Positions 1-9,550 of a DNA stretch of 64,000 nt are shown here, piece by piece. The stretch is from NCBI GenBank assembly GCA_964457335.1, contig CAYWGD010000017.1, positions 11,069-75,068 of the forward strand, read 5' to 3'. Each line of letters starts with the position of its first letter. Position 1 is the first letter of the stretch. Source of the stretch: an uncultured Enterobacteriaceae bacterium (lineage in GTDB: Bacteria; Myxococcota_A; UBA796; SXON01). Below the pieces are notes generated by a model. The model did not search any database, was not told the DNA's origin, and saw only the letters and a list, made by a program, of their open reading frames with translations. A program made the translations under genes and the position numbers.

Positions 1-2130
1 GTCGACCCGGAGGGCGGGCCGGTCACCTACCGCTACGCCTGGACCGTCACGGAGGCGGGCGTCACGACCGAGGTGTCCACGGACGCGACGGTCGACGGCG
101 CGCTCACCTTCCGCGGGCAGGTCTGGGACGTCGAGGTCTGGGCCAGCGACGGCGTGAACGAGGTCGGGCCCGCGACGGGCACGGCCACGATCGTCAACGC
201 GCCGCCGTACGGCGGCGAGGTGAAGCTCGACCCCGAGGAGCCGGTCCTCACCGACACGGTCACGTGCACGATCTCCGGCGTGTCCGACGCCGAGGCGGAC
301 GCGCTCGTGTACACCTACGAGTGGTACGTGAGCGGCGCCCTCGCCGGCGACGGCACGGAGACCCTCGCCTCCGGCGCGTTCGTGTACGGCGACGAGCTCC
401 AGTGCGTCGTGTACGTCTCCGACGGCACCGACACCGTCGCCTTCAGCTCCGACGTGGTCGAGGTGGGGAACCTGGCGCCCTCCGCGCCGACCGTGGAGAT
501 CACCCCCTCCACCCCCGCCGACACCGACGACCTCGTGTGCGCCGTGACCGCCGAGTCCGTCGACCCCGAGGGCTCCGCCGTCACCTACACCTACGACTGG
601 GAGGTCGACGGGGCCTCCACCTCCTACACGACCGACACCATCCCCGCCGCCGACACCACGCGCGACGAGGTGTGGACGTGCACGGTCACCGCGACCGACG
701 CCGACGGCGGCGACACGTCCGCGAGCGCCTCCGTCACCGTCGGGCTCGCGTGGGAGGACGACGTGTCCGCGTCCGACGCCTGGGTCACCATCGACGGCGC
801 GGAGGCCGACGGCGCGTTCGGGAAGACGGTCGCGCTCCTCGGCGACACGGACGGGGACGGCCTCTCCGAGGTGGCGGTCGGCGCCAACGGCGAGAACGCC
901 CAGGACGGCGCGGTGTACCTCTTCGCCGGCGCCTCGCTCGCCGGCGCGCTCACCACGGCCGACGCGGCCGCGAGCTGGACGGGCGCGTACAACGACGGGC
1001 AGCTCGGCGGCTTCCGCGCCCTCGCGGCCCCCGGCGACCTCGACGGGGACGGCGCGGCCGAGCTCCTCTTCGCCGCGCCGGACGCGGACGCGAACGGCAA
1101 CGGCTCCGGCGAGGCCTACCTCGTGTACGGCGGCGGCACCCTCGCGCTCGGCGCGGCCCCGTCCGACGCCGACTGGCGCGTCACCGCCACGGTCAGCGAC
1201 CAGGTGGGCGCCCGCATGGCCGGCGGGGACTTCGACGGTGACGGCTTCACCGACCTGCTCGTCGCCGCGCCCGGCTCCTCCGAGAACGGGCGCACCACCG
1301 GCCTCGTCGGCCTGTTCTACGGCGACGGCGCGCGGCTCGCGGGCGACGCCTCCGTGCTGGACGCCGACTGGTACGTGATGGGCGACGCGGAAGGTGACGG
1401 CCTCGGCTGGACCACGCGGGGCGTGGGCGACGTGGACGGCGACGGCGTCGACGACTTCGTCGTGGGCGCGCTCTACGCCGACCCCGGCGGCAGCGAGTCC
1501 GGCGCCCTCGGGCTCCTGCTCGGGGGCGCCCGCCGCGCCGGTGACGACGCGCTCGCCGACGTGAACACCGCGCGCTTTTCGGGCGACGCGGCGTCCGACC
1601 GCTTCGGCTACGACGCCGTGGGCGGCGTGGACCTCGACGCGGACGGCGTGGGCGACCTGCTCGTGGCCGCCTACCAGGACGACGCCGGCGCGACCGACGC
1701 GGGCGCCGTGCACGTGTACCTGGGCGGCTCCAGCTGGGCGGCCGAGCTGACGCCGGCCGACGCGGACGCGAGCTTCCTCGGGAGCACCACCACGGCGCGT
1801 TTCGGCCACGTGATGACCTCCCCCGGCGACCTCGACGGCGACGGCACGAGCGACCTCCTGATCGGCGCGCTGTTCGACAGCCCCACGGGGCTCGCGAACC
1901 AGGGCGCCGCCTACCTCCTCCTCTCGCCCGACTGGGCCGGGATCGGGGTCGACACGGACATCTCGTGGCGGGCCGGCGGCGAGGCCGCGCAGGATCTCTT
2001 CGGGGACGCGCTCTCCGCGGGGCGCGGCGACGTCGATGGTGACGGGCGAGAGGACTTCGCGGTGGGCGCGCAGGGTTACGACGGCGCGGCGAGCGCGGCG
2101 GGTCGCGTGTACGTGTGGCGGGGACGATGA
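1..2130 (+). CDS. Large secreted adhesin-like protein (5' end outside the window). It has tandem Ig/cadherin-like modules followed by FG-GAP (integrin-alpha-like) propeller repeats.
   Basis: Frame 1 is open from nt 1 (VDPEGGPVTYRYAWTV...) and runs into listed ORF 73..2130. The VDPEG-x-VTY-x-Y-x-W module recurs. There are at least six repeats of GD[LFV]DGDG-x-x-D[LF][LV][VI][GA]A. Confidence 0.8.
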   Translation, partial: VDPEGGPVTYRYAWTVTEAGVTTEVSTDATVDGALTFRGQVWDVEVWASDGVNEVGPATGTATIVNAPPYGGEVKLDPEEPVLTDTVTCTISGVSDAEADALVYTYEWYVSGALAGDGTETLASGAFVYGDELQCVVYVSDGTDTVAFSSDVVEVGNLAPSAPTVEITPSTPADTDDLVCAVTAESVDPEGSAVTYTYDWEVDGASTSYTTDTIPAADTTRDEVWTCTVTATDADGGDTSASASVTVGLAWEDDVSASDAWVTIDGAEADGAFGKTVALLGDTDGDGLSEVAVGANGENAQDGAVYLFAGASLAGALTTADAAASWTGAYNDGQLGGFRALAAPGDLDGDGAAELLFAAPDADANGNGSGEAYLVYGGGTLALGAAPSDADWRVTATVSDQVGARMAGGDFDGDGFTDLLVAAPGSSENGRTTGLVGLFYGDGARLAGDASVLDADWYVMGDAEGDGLGWTTRGVGDVDGDGVDDFVVGALYADPGGSESGALGLLLGGARRAGDDALADVNTARFSGDAASDRFGYDAVGGVDLDADGVGDLLVAAYQDDAGATDAGAVHVYLGGSSWAAELTPADADASFLGSTTTARFGHVMTSPGDLDGDGTSDLLIGALFDSPTGLANQGAAYLLLSPDWAGIGVDTDISWRAGGEAAQDLFGDALSAGRGDVDGDGREDFAVGAQGYDGAASAAGRVYVWRGR

Positions 2131-2768
2131 ACAGGCTGGAAGGATGGCAGGCGCCCGACCGCGGCGCTCTTTTCGTGGTCAGCGGCGCCTCCGGCACCGG
2201 GAAGACGACCCTGCTCCGCGCGGCGCTCGAGCGCGTGCCGGGGCTCGCGTTCTCCGTCTCGGCGACGACGCGGGCCCCACGCGCCGGCGAGCGCGACGGG
2301 GTGGACTACCACTACGTCACGCCGGACCGCTTCGCCGAGATGCTGCGCAACGGGCAGCTGCTCGAGCACGCCGAGGTCTACGGCACGCTCTACGGCACGC
2401 CGCGCGCGCCCGTGGAGGCGGCGCTCCGGGAGGGCCGCTCGATCGTGCTCGACATCGACGTGCAGGGCGCGTCGCAGGTCCGGCGTGCCTTTCCCGACGC
2501 GGTGACCATCTTCGTGCTCCCGCCGCGGGTCGAGACCATCCGCGAGCGGCTGGAGGCGCGCGGCACCGACCGGCCGGAGGTCGTCGAGCGCCGCATCCGC
2601 GACGCCCACGCCCAGATCGCCCGGTGCGGCGAGTACGACTACCTCGTCATGAACGACGTGCTCGCGACCGCGCACGCCCAGATGCAGGGCGTGTTCCTCG
2701 CCGAGCTCTCGCGGCGCAACCGCCGGGAGTCGTGGGTGCGTGCCCTCGTGGGGGGCGAGGGCTCTTGA
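2127..2768 (+). CDS. gmk: Guanylate kinase
   Basis: P-loop GASGTGKTT and SATTRAPRAGERDGVDYHYV motifs. Start taken at M5 of ORF 2115..2768; this ATG overlaps the upstream TGA (ATGA). Confidence 0.9.
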   Translation: MNRLEGWQAPDRGALFVVSGASGTGKTTLLRAALERVPGLAFSVSATTRAPRAGERDGVDYHYVTPDRFAEMLRNGQLLEHAEVYGTLYGTPRAPVEAALREGRSIVLDIDVQGASQVRRAFPDAVTIFVLPPRVETIRERLEARGTDRPEVVERRIRDAHAQIARCGEYDYLVMNDVLATAHAQMQGVFLAELSRRNRRESWVRALVGGEGS

Positions 2769-2809
2769 CAAATTCCCGACAAGCGCGCATGGACTAAGCT
2801 GGACGCTGA

Positions 2810-4981
2810 ATGCCCGATGCCTCCCCATACGGCGACACAGCGCTGATCCAGGACGTGGTTCAGCGCGTGCAGGAGTACGCGCCCGGCGCGGACGTCGGGC
2901 TCGTGCTGGAGGCCTACCAGTACGCCGCGCTCCGGCACAAGGGCCAGGTACGCAAGAACGGCGAGGACTACCTCGTCCATCCGCTGGCCGTCGCCAACAT
3001 CCTCGCGGGCCTCCACATGGACGTGGAGACCATCGCCACGGGCCTCCTCCACGACACGATGGAGGACACCCTCGCGACGAAGGAGGAGATCCAGGAGCGC
3101 TTCGGGAAGCCCGTCGCCGAGATGGTCGAGGGCGTCACGAAGCTCTCGAAGCTCTCCTACAAGGGGAAGCTCGAGGAGCAGGCGGAGAACTTCCGCAAGC
3201 TGGTGCTCGCCTTCGGGCGGGATCTGCGCGTCATCATCGTCAAGGTGGCCGACCGCCTCCACAACATGCGGACGCTCGAGCACCACCGGCCGGAGAAGCG
3301 GCAGGCCATCGCGCGGGAGACGCTCGACATCTACGCCCCGCTCGTGCACCGGCTCGGCCTCGAGCTGGTCAAGGCGGAGATGGAGGACCTCTGCTTCCGG
3401 TGGCTCCACCCGGAGGCCTGGACCGCGCTGAAGGAGCAGCTCGCCGAGGGCGAGGAGGAGCGCGACGTCTACGTGCGCGACACGATCGCGCTCATCCGCG
3501 ACACGCTGGCGCGCCACGGCATCCAGGCGGACGTGACCGGGCGGGTCAAGCACCTCTACAGCATCTACCGGAAGATGCAGAAGAGCGGGAAGCAGCTCGC
3601 GGACATCCACGACCTGCTCGCATTCCGCGTCATCGTGCCCGACCGGGAGAGCTGCTACGTCGCGCTCGGCTTCGTGCACGCGCACTTCATCCCCGTGGCC
3701 CGGCGGATGAAGGACTACATCGCGGTCCCGAAGTCGAACGGCTACCAGTCGCTCCACACCACGATCGTGGGGCCCGACGGCCGCCAGATCGAGATCCAGA
3801 TCCGCACCGCGGCCATGCACCGCATCGCGGAGTCGGGCATCGCCGCGCACTGGCGCTACAAGAACGGGCGCCTCGCGGTCAGCAACGCCGAGCTCGAGGA
3901 GGTCGCGCGGCTGCGCGGCTTCATCGAGATGGCGCAGGACATCGAGGATCCGGCTGACTTCATGGAGGCCGCCCGGAGCGACCTCGGCGCCACGATCCAC
4001 GTGTTCACGCCGCAGCGGGACGTGATCCTGCTCCCCGAGCACGCGACCGCGCTCGACTTCGCGTACCACATCCACACCGAGGTCGGGAACCACTCCGTCG
4101 GCGCCAAGGTGAACGGCCGGCTCGTGCCGCTCCGCACGCCGCTCAAGCTCGGCGACACCATCGAGATCCTCACGAAGCCCGACGCGCACCCCTCGCGGGA
4201 CTGGCTCGGCTGGGCGTCGAGCCACCGCGCGCTCGAGAAGATCCGCAAGAAGCTGCGGGATATGCTCACCGACCACGGCGTCGCGATGGGCCGGGAGATC
4301 CTCGACGGGGCGCTCCGCAAGGTCGGCTCGAACCTCAAGCGCGAGCTGCAGGAGAAGGGCCTCTCCGAGCGGGTGAAGGAGGCCGGCTACAAGGACGTGG
4401 ACGCGCTCGCCATCGAGGTCGTCGCCGGGCGCGTGAGCCCCGCCGACGCCGCGCGCATCCTGCACCCGACGGAGCCCGAAGCGCCGCCGGTGCTGCCGCC
4501 GACCGGGCTCGCCGCGTGGCTCAACCGCGTCCGGAAGGCCAACGACAGCGCGATCATCGTGAACGGCGAGACCGACATCCTCGTCGACTACGCGCGCTGC
4601 TGCCGCCCGATGAAGGGCGAGGCCATCATCGGCTACATCACGCGCGGGCGCGGGCTCTCCGTGCACAAGGCCGACTGCGCCATGGTGAAGGGCCTCGACG
4701 CAGACCGCGTGGTGCCCGTGGACTGGGACGGCTCGGTCAAGACGCTCCACCAGGGCGTGCTCCGGCTCGTGTGCGACGACCGCCCCGGCATCCTCGCCGA
4801 GATCACCGGCACCTGCGCCTCCGCCAAGATCAACCTCTGGCGCGCCGACATGCGCACCACGGACGACGATCGCGCCGTGTGCGACCTCGGCATCGCGGTG
4901 CACGACGTCAACGAGCTCTCGCTCCTCATCAAGCGGCTCAAGCACCTCAAGGGCGTGGTGCAGGTGGAGCGCGCGGGGTAG
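2810..4981 (+). CDS. rel: Bifunctional (p)ppGpp synthetase/hydrolase (RelA/SpoT homologue)
   Basis: HD hydrolase motifs (HPLAVA, LLHDTMEDT); synthetase core (YRKMQ, FRVIV, NGYQSLHTT, IQIRT); TGS segment (HVFTPQRDV...GDTIEILT); C-terminal ACT-like region. Confidence 0.95.
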   Translation: MPDASPYGDTALIQDVVQRVQEYAPGADVGLVLEAYQYAALRHKGQVRKNGEDYLVHPLAVANILAGLHMDVETIATGLLHDTMEDTLATKEEIQERFGKPVAEMVEGVTKLSKLSYKGKLEEQAENFRKLVLAFGRDLRVIIVKVADRLHNMRTLEHHRPEKRQAIARETLDIYAPLVHRLGLELVKAEMEDLCFRWLHPEAWTALKEQLAEGEEERDVYVRDTIALIRDTLARHGIQADVTGRVKHLYSIYRKMQKSGKQLADIHDLLAFRVIVPDRESCYVALGFVHAHFIPVARRMKDYIAVPKSNGYQSLHTTIVGPDGRQIEIQIRTAAMHRIAESGIAAHWRYKNGRLAVSNAELEEVARLRGFIEMAQDIEDPADFMEAARSDLGATIHVFTPQRDVILLPEHATALDFAYHIHTEVGNHSVGAKVNGRLVPLRTPLKLGDTIEILTKPDAHPSRDWLGWASSHRALEKIRKKLRDMLTDHGVAMGREILDGALRKVGSNLKRELQEKGLSERVKEAGYKDVDALAIEVVAGRVSPADAARILHPTEPEAPPVLPPTGLAAWLNRVRKANDSAIIVNGETDILVDYARCCRPMKGEAIIGYITRGRGLSVHKADCAMVKGLDADRVVPVDWDGSVKTLHQGVLRLVCDDRPGILAEITGTCASAKINLWRADMRTTDDDRAVCDLGIAVHDVNELSLLIKRLKHLKGVVQVERAG

Positions 4982-5036
4982 CCCCGCCGACCGGGCTCGC
5001 CCTGTGCGGACGCCCGCCGGTCCTTAGGGGAAGAGT

Positions 5037-6767
5037 GTGGACCCCCCGCCAAACGGCGGCCGCCCCGGATCCCGCACCCTCGGGACGGTGCCGGCCGTGC
5101 TGCTCGTCGCGCTCGCCTACTGGATCGTCGCGAACGCAGGGCGCGTCCTCGCCAACTACGGCGTGGTCACCGCGGTGTGGCCGCCGACGGGCCTCGCGCT
5201 CGCGCTCCTGACGATCGGCGGCCTCCGGCTCTGGCCCGGGGTGTTCCTGGGCGTGGTCCTCGCCGTGGGCGTCGAGACGCCCCCCGCGCCGCTGCCGATC
5301 ACCTTGCCGCCGCTGGCCGTGCTCACGATGGCGGCGGGCAACACCGCGGAGGCCATGCTCGGGGCGATCATGCTGCGGAGCCTGGCCGGCTTCACCGGCT
5401 GCGTGGACACGGTGCGGAAGGCGCTCGCGCTGCTCTTCGTCCCGCTCGTGGCGTCGGTGGTGAGCGCGACCGTGGGCAACGTGACGCTGCTCGCGGTCGG
5501 GGGCACCACCCTCGAGACGCTCCCGAACACGTGGTGGACCTGGTGGGTGGGCAACGCGCTCGGCATCGTGTGCGTCGCGCCGTTCGTGTTCGCGGTGATG
5601 AGCCCGTGGACCTGCCCCCAGCAGCGGCGGTGGCGCCTGGAAGCGGCCGCGCTGGTGGGCTTCTCGGGCGCCACGGCCGCCTACGCCATGTTCGGGGCCT
5701 TCCCGAGCGCGCCGCGCGCGACCCGCGAGACCTGGCTCCTCTACCCCTACCTCGTCTGGGCCGCGATCCGATTCGGTCCACAGGCCGCCGCGACGGGCGT
5801 GTTCGTCGTGGGCGCCCTGGCGCTGGTCTCGACCGCGTGGCGCCTGGGCTCGTACGCGGACGCGACGATGGCGGACGCCGTCCTGCGCGTGCAGGTGTTC
5901 GTGGGGGTCGTGGCCGCGTCGATCGTGCTCCTGGCCGCGTTCGTGGCGGAGCGGTGGCGGGCCTACGCCGCGCTGTCGGTCCTCAACGACGGGCTCGAGG
6001 GGAAGGTCGCGGCGCGCACCGCGGAGCTGCAGCGGATCAACGAGCTGCTCACGTCCCGCAACGCCGAGCTGGCCGCCGCCAACGAGGAGCTCGACGGGTT
6101 TTCGTCCAAGGTGTCGCACGACCTGCGCGCGCCCGTCCGCGCGGTGAGCGGCTTCACGGAGGTCCTGCGCGCCCAGTACGGCGGGGCGCTGGGCGCGGAG
6201 GGGACCGCGCTGTTGGACCGGATCGCGCGCGCCGGCGTGCGCATGGCCTCCCTCATCGACGGGCTGCTCGAGATGTCGCGCGTCGGGCGCCGGGCCCTCG
6301 ACGTCGTGGAGGTGGACCCGAACCCGCTCGTGGCCGCGATCGTCGAAGACCTCGTCCCGACGGGGGACGTCGAGGTGCGCGTCGGCGCCCTGCCGCGCTG
6401 CCGGGCGGACGCCGTGATGCTCGACACGGTGTTCACGAACCTGCTGCAGAACGCCGTCAAGTACGGCCGCGGCGCCGAGCGGCCCCTGGTCGAGGTCGGC
6501 GGCGAGCGGGGTCCGGGCGTCGTCACCTACTGGGTGCGCGACAACGGCGTGGGCTTCGACATGAAGGACGTCGGCAAGCTGTTCCGCGCCTTCTCGCGCC
6601 TCCACGGGGCCCCGTTCGAGGGGAGCGGCGTGGGCCTCGCCACCGTGCGCCGGATCGTGGAGCTGCACGGGGGCCGCGTCTGGGCCCAGGGCGCCGTGGG
6701 CGAAGGGGCCACGTTCTCGTTCCAGCTCCCCGACGGGCCGGAACCCCCGGATGAGCGTCAGAAGTAG
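5037..6767 (+). CDS. Sensor histidine kinase with an N-terminal MASE1-like multi-pass membrane domain
   Basis: About 300 aa of hydrophobic helices, then a coiled coil. HisKA H-box FSSKVSHDLRAP; HATPase N/G boxes (NLLQNAVKY, DNGVGF, GSGVGLA). Confidence 0.85.
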   Translation: MDPPPNGGRPGSRTLGTVPAVLLVALAYWIVANAGRVLANYGVVTAVWPPTGLALALLTIGGLRLWPGVFLGVVLAVGVETPPAPLPITLPPLAVLTMAAGNTAEAMLGAIMLRSLAGFTGCVDTVRKALALLFVPLVASVVSATVGNVTLLAVGGTTLETLPNTWWTWWVGNALGIVCVAPFVFAVMSPWTCPQQRRWRLEAAALVGFSGATAAYAMFGAFPSAPRATRETWLLYPYLVWAAIRFGPQAAATGVFVVGALALVSTAWRLGSYADATMADAVLRVQVFVGVVAASIVLLAAFVAERWRAYAALSVLNDGLEGKVAARTAELQRINELLTSRNAELAAANEELDGFSSKVSHDLRAPVRAVSGFTEVLRAQYGGALGAEGTALLDRIARAGVRMASLIDGLLEMSRVGRRALDVVEVDPNPLVAAIVEDLVPTGDVEVRVGALPRCRADAVMLDTVFTNLLQNAVKYGRGAERPLVEVGGERGPGVVTYWVRDNGVGFDMKDVGKLFRAFSRLHGAPFEGSGVGLATVRRIVELHGGRVWAQGAVGEGATFSFQLPDGPEPPDERQK

Positions 6768-7222
6768 TAGTGGACCGCCGCGTTCGGCGCCGTGCCGACC
6801 GTCTTCAGGGCCCAGGTGGAGCCGAGGTCGATCGTGACGCCCCACTCCACCGAGAAGCCGAGGTTCTCGAGCCCGAAGAGGAAGAACTCCGCGCCCACGG
6901 CCGGCTGGATGCGCACCACGCCCTCCGTGCCGGTGACGCCGTAGCCACCGCCGGCGCCCAGGTAGAGGTTCATGTTGTCCTCGGCCACCACCGAGTACAG
7001 GAGCCGACCGCCGGCGAAGAACTGGGCCGGGTTGCCCGACGAGAGGTCGAGACCGAGGTCGGCCTCGAGCTGCACGTTGTTGGTCGGCTTCGCGCCCGGG
7101 AAGCCGTAGCGGGCCGAGAGCGCGGTCACGCTGCCGAACTGCTGGTGGAACCCGACGCCGAAGCGCGACCGCAGGTCCTTGGCGTCGGCGGTGGAGATCG
7201 AGAGCAGCAGCGCGAGCAGCAT
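6758..7222 (-). CDS. Small outer-membrane beta-barrel protein (OmpA-like/porin family 8-strand type)
   Basis: Signal peptide MLLALLLSISTADA, alternating beta-strand pattern, and a C-terminal aromatic ...AAVHYYF. Confidence 0.7.
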   Translation of the reverse strand: MLLALLLSISTADAKDLRSRFGVGFHQQFGSVTALSARYGFPGAKPTNNVQLEADLGLDLSSGNPAQFFAGGRLLYSVVAEDNMNLYLGAGGGYGVTGTEGVVRIQPAVGAEFFLFGLENLGFSVEWGVTIDLGSTWALKTVGTAPNAAVHYYF

Positions 7223-7255
7223 GGGGGACCGCTCTAATCCCCCGGTCCCCGCGGG

Positions 7256-8110
7256 TCAAAGCCGGCGGAGCACCAGCGCGGGCGCGAGCGTGGAGACGCC
7301 CGGCCCCTCGACGCGCACGACGGCGCGTCGGGCCTCGGTGATCGGGGGGCGGAAGCCGAACGCGCGCGCGACGAAACGTTCGGCGGCGAGCGTGTGCGCC
7401 CAGCCGTCCAACACGACGGCCTCCCCCGCGGAGCGGAACGTCAGCGTCCAGTCCCCGAGCGTGAGCGCGGTCGAGCGCTCGATGGGGAAGTCGGTCGCGG
7501 CGCCGGTCCACGTGTGATCGCCGGCGCGCACCCAGGCCGGGCAGTCGGAGAGCGGCTCGATGCCCGCGGCGAAGCCGGCGCCGAGCACGTAGAGCGCCGA
7601 CCCCTCCACGTGGCCCGCCGCGCGCGTCCGCACGATGACGCCGGGCCCGGTCAGGAGCCGCCCGTCGACGCGGTCCTCCACCACGCCCGTCATCTCGCCG
7701 ACCTCGGGCGGGCAGCCCGGCGCCGCCCCGCGCACGTGCACGCGCGCCCCGAGGCCGCCCCCGCCGACGCGCAGCTCCCAGCCGTCGGCGCTGGGCACGA
7801 GCGCGTCGGCCCCGGACGCCACGCCTTCGCTGGGAGGGGCGGGGCCCCACTGGGCCCGGTGCTCGATCACGCCCGGGCCGGCCGGCAGGAGCAGGAGCCA
7901 GGTCGTGAGCTGGCCGTCGAGGAGGCCGGTGTTCCCGACGGAGAGCCACGACCAGAGCACGGCGCCGTCGGCGTCCGCGCCCACCAGCGCCCAGGCGTCG
8001 CTCCGCGGCTCCACGCCGAGGCGGACGCCCGCGTAGGCGAGCGTCCCGGCCGCGAGCGCGGCGAGGAGGAGCCTGCGCGGCACGCGATCAGCCGGGGGCG
8101 CCGCGTGCAC
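7256..8110 (-). CDS. Exported hypothetical protein
   Basis: Arg-rich n-region plus hydrophobic stretch (RRLLLAALAAGTLAYAG). An alternative GTG start at 8083 lies 4 nt after the upstream stop. No domain recognised. Confidence 0.55.
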   Translation of the reverse strand: MHAAPPADRVPRRLLLAALAAGTLAYAGVRLGVEPRSDAWALVGADADGAVLWSWLSVGNTGLLDGQLTTWLLLLPAGPGVIEHRAQWGPAPPSEGVASGADALVPSADGWELRVGGGGLGARVHVRGAAPGCPPEVGEMTGVVEDRVDGRLLTGPGVIVRTRAAGHVEGSALYVLGAGFAAGIEPLSDCPAWVRAGDHTWTGAATDFPIERSTALTLGDWTLTFRSAGEAVVLDGWAHTLAAERFVARAFGFRPPITEARRAVVRVEGPGVSTLAPALVLRRL

Positions 8111-8909
8111 GGAACACCGGGTTCCACGGACGGTCGACCTTCCCCGGCGCGCAGCCCGCCGCGACGCCGGCCGCGAGCTCCGCGTCGAGCGCGGCGTCGG
8201 GCAGGTAGAGCTCGCCGACGAGCTCGCGGGCGTCGTCGAGCGTGCCGCGGCAGATGCGGTCGCGCGTGTCGGCGCTCGTCGTGGGGCGGATGAGCATCTC
8301 CACGACGCTCCGGCGCACGTAGGTCCGCGTGCCCGCCTCGCAGCGCCGGCGGTCCGTCTCGCCGGGGAGGCCGGCGCAGGCCGCGAGCACGGCCGGCTTG
8401 TTGCGGGCGTGCGCGAAGTACCACCAGTCGGCCCAGAGCAGCTCCTCGGCCCCGGGCCCGATCGTCTCGACGGCCGACCAGAACGCGACGATCGGCCGCG
8501 CGCGCTCGATCCCGTTGACCGCGCCGCCGTCGAGGCTCTCGGCGGCGAGCTGCAGCTCGAAGGTCCACGCGTGGTACAGGCACTCGTGGTAGTAGGCGCC
8601 CGCCGCGCCGCAGCCGGTCAGCGCCCCCCAGCGATCGCCGGCCTTCGCGCGGGCCTCCGCGATGCCGAACGCGCACTCGGAGCGCCAGCGCTCGGACGAG
8701 AGCCCGGCGCAGTGCTCGATCGGCACGTCCGCGTTCCCGCGGACCACGGTGGCGACGCACTCGTCGGTCTGCTCGCCGGCGAGCGCGCACAGGTCCAGGG
8801 CCTCGTCCACGGGGAGGTCCCCCGCGAGCGCGGCGCGGAAGGCCTCGGCGGGCGTGGGGCCACAGCCGGCGAGCGGCGCCACCAGCGCGAGGATCAACGC
8901 GCGGGGCAC
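8088..8909 (-). CDS. Cys-rich lipoprotein (paralogue B)
   Basis: Internal GTG start of ORF 8088..9461, placed by aa count. Lipobox LAGC. There are 10+ Cys in C-x-n-EC-type spacing. The upstream part of the listed ORF is Arg/Pro junk. Confidence 0.65.
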   Translation of the reverse strand: MPRALILALVAPLAGCGPTPAEAFRAALAGDLPVDEALDLCALAGEQTDECVATVVRGNADVPIEHCAGLSSERWRSECAFGIAEARAKAGDRWGALTGCGAAGAYYHECLYHAWTFELQLAAESLDGGAVNGIERARPIVAFWSAVETIGPGAEELLWADWWYFAHARNKPAVLAACAGLPGETDRRRCEAGTRTYVRRSVVEMLIRPTTSADTRDRICRGTLDDARELVGELYLPDAALDAELAAGVAAGCAPGKVDRPWNPVFRARGAPG

Positions 8910-9550
8910 AGGTCGGTCCGCGCGGCGCGCATCGCGTCGAGCTCGGGGTCGGGGGTGTGGGCGAGCAGCGGGGGGAGGGGGCCGCCGTCGCAGGGGTAGG
9001 CGCCGCGGTCGCGGGCCATGTTGAGGAGGTCCTGGTACATCGCGAGGCCGGTGCGCTCGCAGGCCTCGCGGCGCGCGGCGTCGGGCACCGACGCGCAGGC
9101 GGCGCGGTCGATCGGGCGGGTGGCGCCGAGCACGTGCCGGTAGAACGCGGACCACGGGCGCATGTCGTCCGCGGCGAGCCCGGAGGCGGCGATGCGCCGC
9201 GCCGCCTCGTCTTCCTGTTCGCCCGGGCGCGCGCCGCGCGGAATCCACTCCGGGAAGCCGCGCGAGAGCATGTGGAGCGCGCAGTCGGCGGCGAACGGCG
9301 CCGCCTTTGGGCAGAGCGAGGCGTCGTCGGTCTGCTCGGCGAGCTGGAACCAGCACTCGCCGCGGCTCGTCGCGTCCCGGACGGCCGCGCAGTCCGCGGG
9401 CTCGCGCGCCGTTGCCTCGCGGCACTCGTCGGCGAGCGCCGCGTCGCGGATGCCGTCGCACTCGCCGGACGCGAGCGCCTCCACGAAGCGGGCGCGGTCG
9501 GCGGCGCGGTCGGAGCCGGGGGTGGCGCAGGCGAGCAGGAGGAGGATCAC
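8894..9550 (-). CDS. Cys-rich lipoprotein (paralogue A)
   Basis: Internal GTG start of ORF 8894..10867 that forms a GTGA overlap with the upstream stop at 9547. Lipobox LLAC. Repeated EC/DC motifs resemble those of the neighbouring gene. Confidence 0.65.
   Translation of the reverse strand: MILLLLACATPGSDRAADRARFVEALASGECDGIRDAALADECREATAREPADCAAVRDATSRGECWFQLAEQTDDASLCPKAAPFAADCALHMLSRGFPEWIPRGARPGEQEDEAARRIAASGLAADDMRPWSAFYRHVLGATRPIDRAACASVPDAARREACERTGLAMYQDLLNMARDRGAYPCDGGPLPPLLAHTPDPELDAMRAARTDLCPAR

Noticed and set aside
2769-2809. Absence of rpoZ between gmk and the rel gene, given that gmk-rpoZ-spoT is a common arrangement.
   Set aside because: The 41-nt gap simply cannot hold a gene. 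rpoZ is probably elsewhere, so this is not evidence of anything unusual.
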